Source: Eledone cirrhosa (lineage: Eukaryota). Taken from it: 64,000 bases of DNA. The stretch lies in NCBI GenBank assembly GCA_964016885.1, contig OZ024741.1, forward strand, positions 255,068,001 through 255,132,000, given 5' to 3'. Made by a program: the position numbers and the translations under genes. Shown one piece after another: positions 63,201 to 64,000 of the stretch (its first letter is position 1; each line of letters opens with the position of its first letter). The notes below the pieces were generated by a model. The model had not been told where the DNA came from. It saw nothing but the letters and a program-made list of their open reading frames with translations, and searched no databases.

Positions 63201-64000
63201 GCCAGTGTTGTTGTTGTTGCTATTTTCACTGTCAGTGCCAGTGTTGTTGTTGTTACTGTTGCTGTTTTCTGTGCCAGTGCCAGTGTTATTGTTGCTGTTG
63301 TTGCTGTTTTGTCTGTCAGTGCCAGTGTTGTAGTTGTTGCTGTTTTCTCTGTCAGTGCCAGTGTTGTTGTAGTTGTTGCTGTTTTCTGTGTCAGTGCCAG
63401 TGTTGTTGTTGTTGCTGTTTTCTCTGTCAGTGCCAGTGTTGTTGTAGTTGTTGCTGTTTTCTCTGTCAGTGACAGTGTTGTTGTAGTTGTTGCTGTTTTC
63501 TGTGTCAGTGCCAGTGTTGTTGTAGTTGTTGCTGTTTTTTCTGTCAGTGCCAGTGTTGTTGTTGTTGTTGCTGTTTTCTCTGTCAGTGCCAGTGTTGTAG
63601 TTGTTGCTCTTTTCTCTGTCAGTGCCAGTGTTGTTGTAGTTGTTGCTGTTTTCTGTGTCAGTGCCAGTGTTGTTGCTGTTGCTGTTTTCTCTGTCAGTGC
63701 CAGTGTTGTTGTAGTTGTTGCTGCTTTCTCTGTCAGTGCCAGTCTTGTTGTAGTTGTTGCTGATTTCTGTGTCAGTGCCAGTGTTGTTGTTGTTGCTGTT
63801 TTCTCTGTCAATGCCAGTGTTGTTGTAGTTGTTGCTGTTTTCTGTGTCAGTGCCACTGTTGTTGTTGCTGTTTTCTGTGTCAGTGCCAGTGTTGTTGTTG
63901 TTGCTGTTTTCTCTGTCAGTGCCAGTGTTGTTGTTGCTGTTTTCTCTGTCAGTGCCAGTGTTGTTGTTGTTGCTGTTTTCTGTGTCAGTGCCAGTGTTGT
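55530..64000. repeat. About 2.4 kb block duplicated at about 6.05 kb offset (~55530-57960 and ~61584-64000)
   Basis: ORF pairs 56008/62062 and 57049/63103 have offset 6054. AGTCTTG at 57732 and 63744 has offset 6012 after loss of one 42-nt monomer. Confidence 0.85.

Larger units (their letters stand above)
1..64000. repeat. Large tandem minisatellite/satellite array; monomer mostly 33/36/39 nt: GCTGTTTTCT(C/G)TGTCAGTGCCAGT(GTT)n with frequent GTA or GCT interruption
   Basis: The core motif recurs head-to-tail on every line from base 1 to 64000. I saw no unique sequence or inversion, and the array is truncated by both window edges. Confidence 0.99.

Noticed and set aside
1234-63333. Many short Leu-rich ORFs that look like signal peptides or membrane proteins
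   Set aside because: They are simply intervals between TAG codons produced by the GTA interruption.
1-64000. CRISPR-like pattern of a constant 24-nt repeat with variable spacers
   Set aside because: The spacers are short GTT tracts, not unique sequences, and there are no cas genes or leader.
1-64000. Diversity-generating retroelement-like AAC-rich template with variants
   Set aside because: Substitutions hit non-adenine positions too, variants are inherited in blocks, and there is no reverse transcriptase or TR/VR pair.
1-64000. V(D)J RSS-like motifs (CACTG.., ACAGAAAAC) on the minus strand
   Set aside because: There is no CACAGTG heptamer and the spacing is not 12 or 23 nt.

Overview
The whole 64 kb is one uninterrupted, single-orientation tandem repeat (minisatellite/satellite) that runs off both ends. 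It has no unique sequence, no recognisable gene, RNA gene, mobile element or CRISPR array. The monomer is a 24-nt core GCTGTTTTCT(C/G)TGTCAGTGCCAGT plus a short (GTT)n tract, often interrupted as GTT GTT GTA GTT GTT. Most monomers are 33, 36 or 39 nt, giving roughly 1,700-1,800 copies (estimated from length). The + strand is very T/G-rich (39-mer consensus: 19 T, 11 G, 6 C, 3 A). Rare variants reveal nested block duplications with offsets from 111 bp to 12,844 bp and position-restricted variant families. The giant ORFs in the track arise because monomer lengths are multiples of 3. The only protein-like reading is the minus-strand Thr-rich mucin-like frame (TTTTTLALT[E/Q]KTA). By eye I count 14 stops and 9 frameshifts in it, several copied by duplication, so non-coding satellite or a decayed mucin-type repeat is the best call. 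I found no evidence of a novel multi-gene system; the interest lies in the array's architecture and its unresolved coding status.
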